From the NCBI RefSeq assembly GCF_006345805.1, contig NC_043005.1, forward strand, positions 53,754,001 to 53,818,000: a stretch of 64,000 nt of DNA, in the 5' to 3' direction. The position numbers and the translations under genes were made by a program. Positions 62,951 through 64,000 of this stretch are shown here, one piece after another; the first letter of the stretch is position 1, and each line of letters starts with the position of its first letter. The notes below the pieces were generated by a model. It was not told where the DNA came from and did not search any database. It was given only the letters and a program-made list of their open reading frames with translations. Origin of the DNA: Octopus sinensis (lineage: Eukaryota).

Positions 62951-63246
62951 GTGGCATATATATAATGTACTATTCTGTAATAGTAAGAACTTTGTTTTCT
63001 TTATCATTTTTCGGGTTCTCTAACCTTCTACCTTTCATATCTACTTCTTTCTCACCTTTTCTCGTTTTCCTCTTATCCTATGGTTCCATTTTTAATTCAC
63101 TATGCCATATGAGCAGTGCCTGATGATTGTGCTAGGACACTAGACGTGTTAAAAAATACTGTCTGGCATGTTCTCAGCACATGGAACTGATACTAGCACG
63201 TAGAAACATATATTGCATTTACTAAATATATTATATATATATATAC

Positions 63247-63290
<44 letters not shown>

Positions 63291-63368
63291 AGAAAAGAGT
63301 CCATAACCCATTTGTGTTCTTTCTTTGTGTAAACACCATATGTGGAGCTTTCCTGATTTTGTATCTAG

Positions 63369-63409
63369 AACTGACATTGAATCATGAAGCTGCATGCAGA
63401 TGTACATGG
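63369..63409 (+). CDS. Candidate 41-nt exon (LTLNHEAACRCTW)
   Basis: Acceptor tttcctgattttgtatctag, donor TGG/gtatgt; one open frame; no homology established. Confidence 0.18.
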
Positions 63410-63703
63410 GTATGTAACTTCATGTATACATACTGCTATATATAATTGTGTATATTGATGTGTTCTGTACATGTACATATAAATGTATGAATATGTTCAT
63501 ACATGAACGAGTATATATAAGCTTGTTTGCATATATGGTTCATGCATAGATGAGAGGAACTCCACTCCCACTTGGTGTCCTCAATATCAATTTCAAATTT
63601 GATACACAGCCAGCAATTTTGAAGGAAAGGGTTAAGTCAATTACATTGATCCCAGTATCCAATTAGGAATGACACTGGACGAGGAAACAATAATATAAAT
63701 ATA

Positions 63704-63804
<101 letters not shown>

Positions 63805-64000
63805 ATACAGACAGAGAAAGAAAGAGATCGAGAGATCAGAGACAGTAAATGGAATTCATGAGATACATTATTCAAATCCTCTACAATTGTTTCAACTCAT
63901 TCTGCACCTGTAACTCATAGGTAAGGTGCTGTGCTTCTCTCTACTTTTGATGACATCAGGTGGCCAAAACCTGTGAACAAGCTTTACACATCATCCTTCA

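Overview
Eukaryotic, AT-rich, repeat-dense genomic DNA with no long intact ORF. The SINE families and the dense (TA)n/(CATA)n/(TATATG)n microsatellites look like a coleoid cephalopod (Octopus) genome; this is recognition from memory, not a database hit. Almost all ORF-track entries translate microsatellites or SINEs. Protein-like remnants that can be recognised: three mariner (Tc1/mariner DD34D-type) pieces, Dong/R4-type RLE LINE 3' fragments, Penelope-like RT and GIY-YIG fragments, and a weak APE endonuclease fragment. Several short DNA transposons have readable TIRs and TSDs: piggyBac-like (TTAA), hAT-like (8 bp), Mutator/foldback-like (9 bp) and Kolobok-like (TTAA). The most interesting signal is a set of minimal type-I hammerhead-ribozyme motifs in at least three unrelated short repeat families, two of them in inverted-arm arrangements typical of Penelope-like elements; one copy (31983-32036) folds into a complete hammerhead by eye. 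Other observations: a CpG-poor left part versus a CpG-retaining right part; a CCAAT/E-box/E2F/TATA-rich, possibly LTR-derived promoter zone at 46.8-47.7 kb; a speculative minus-strand chain of small exons; several local inverted duplications; and three near-identical microsatellite-bounded tandem duplications that may be assembly artefacts. No CRISPR array, rRNA gene or bona fide tRNA gene was found. Repeat boundaries are approximate unless TIR/TSD coordinates are given.
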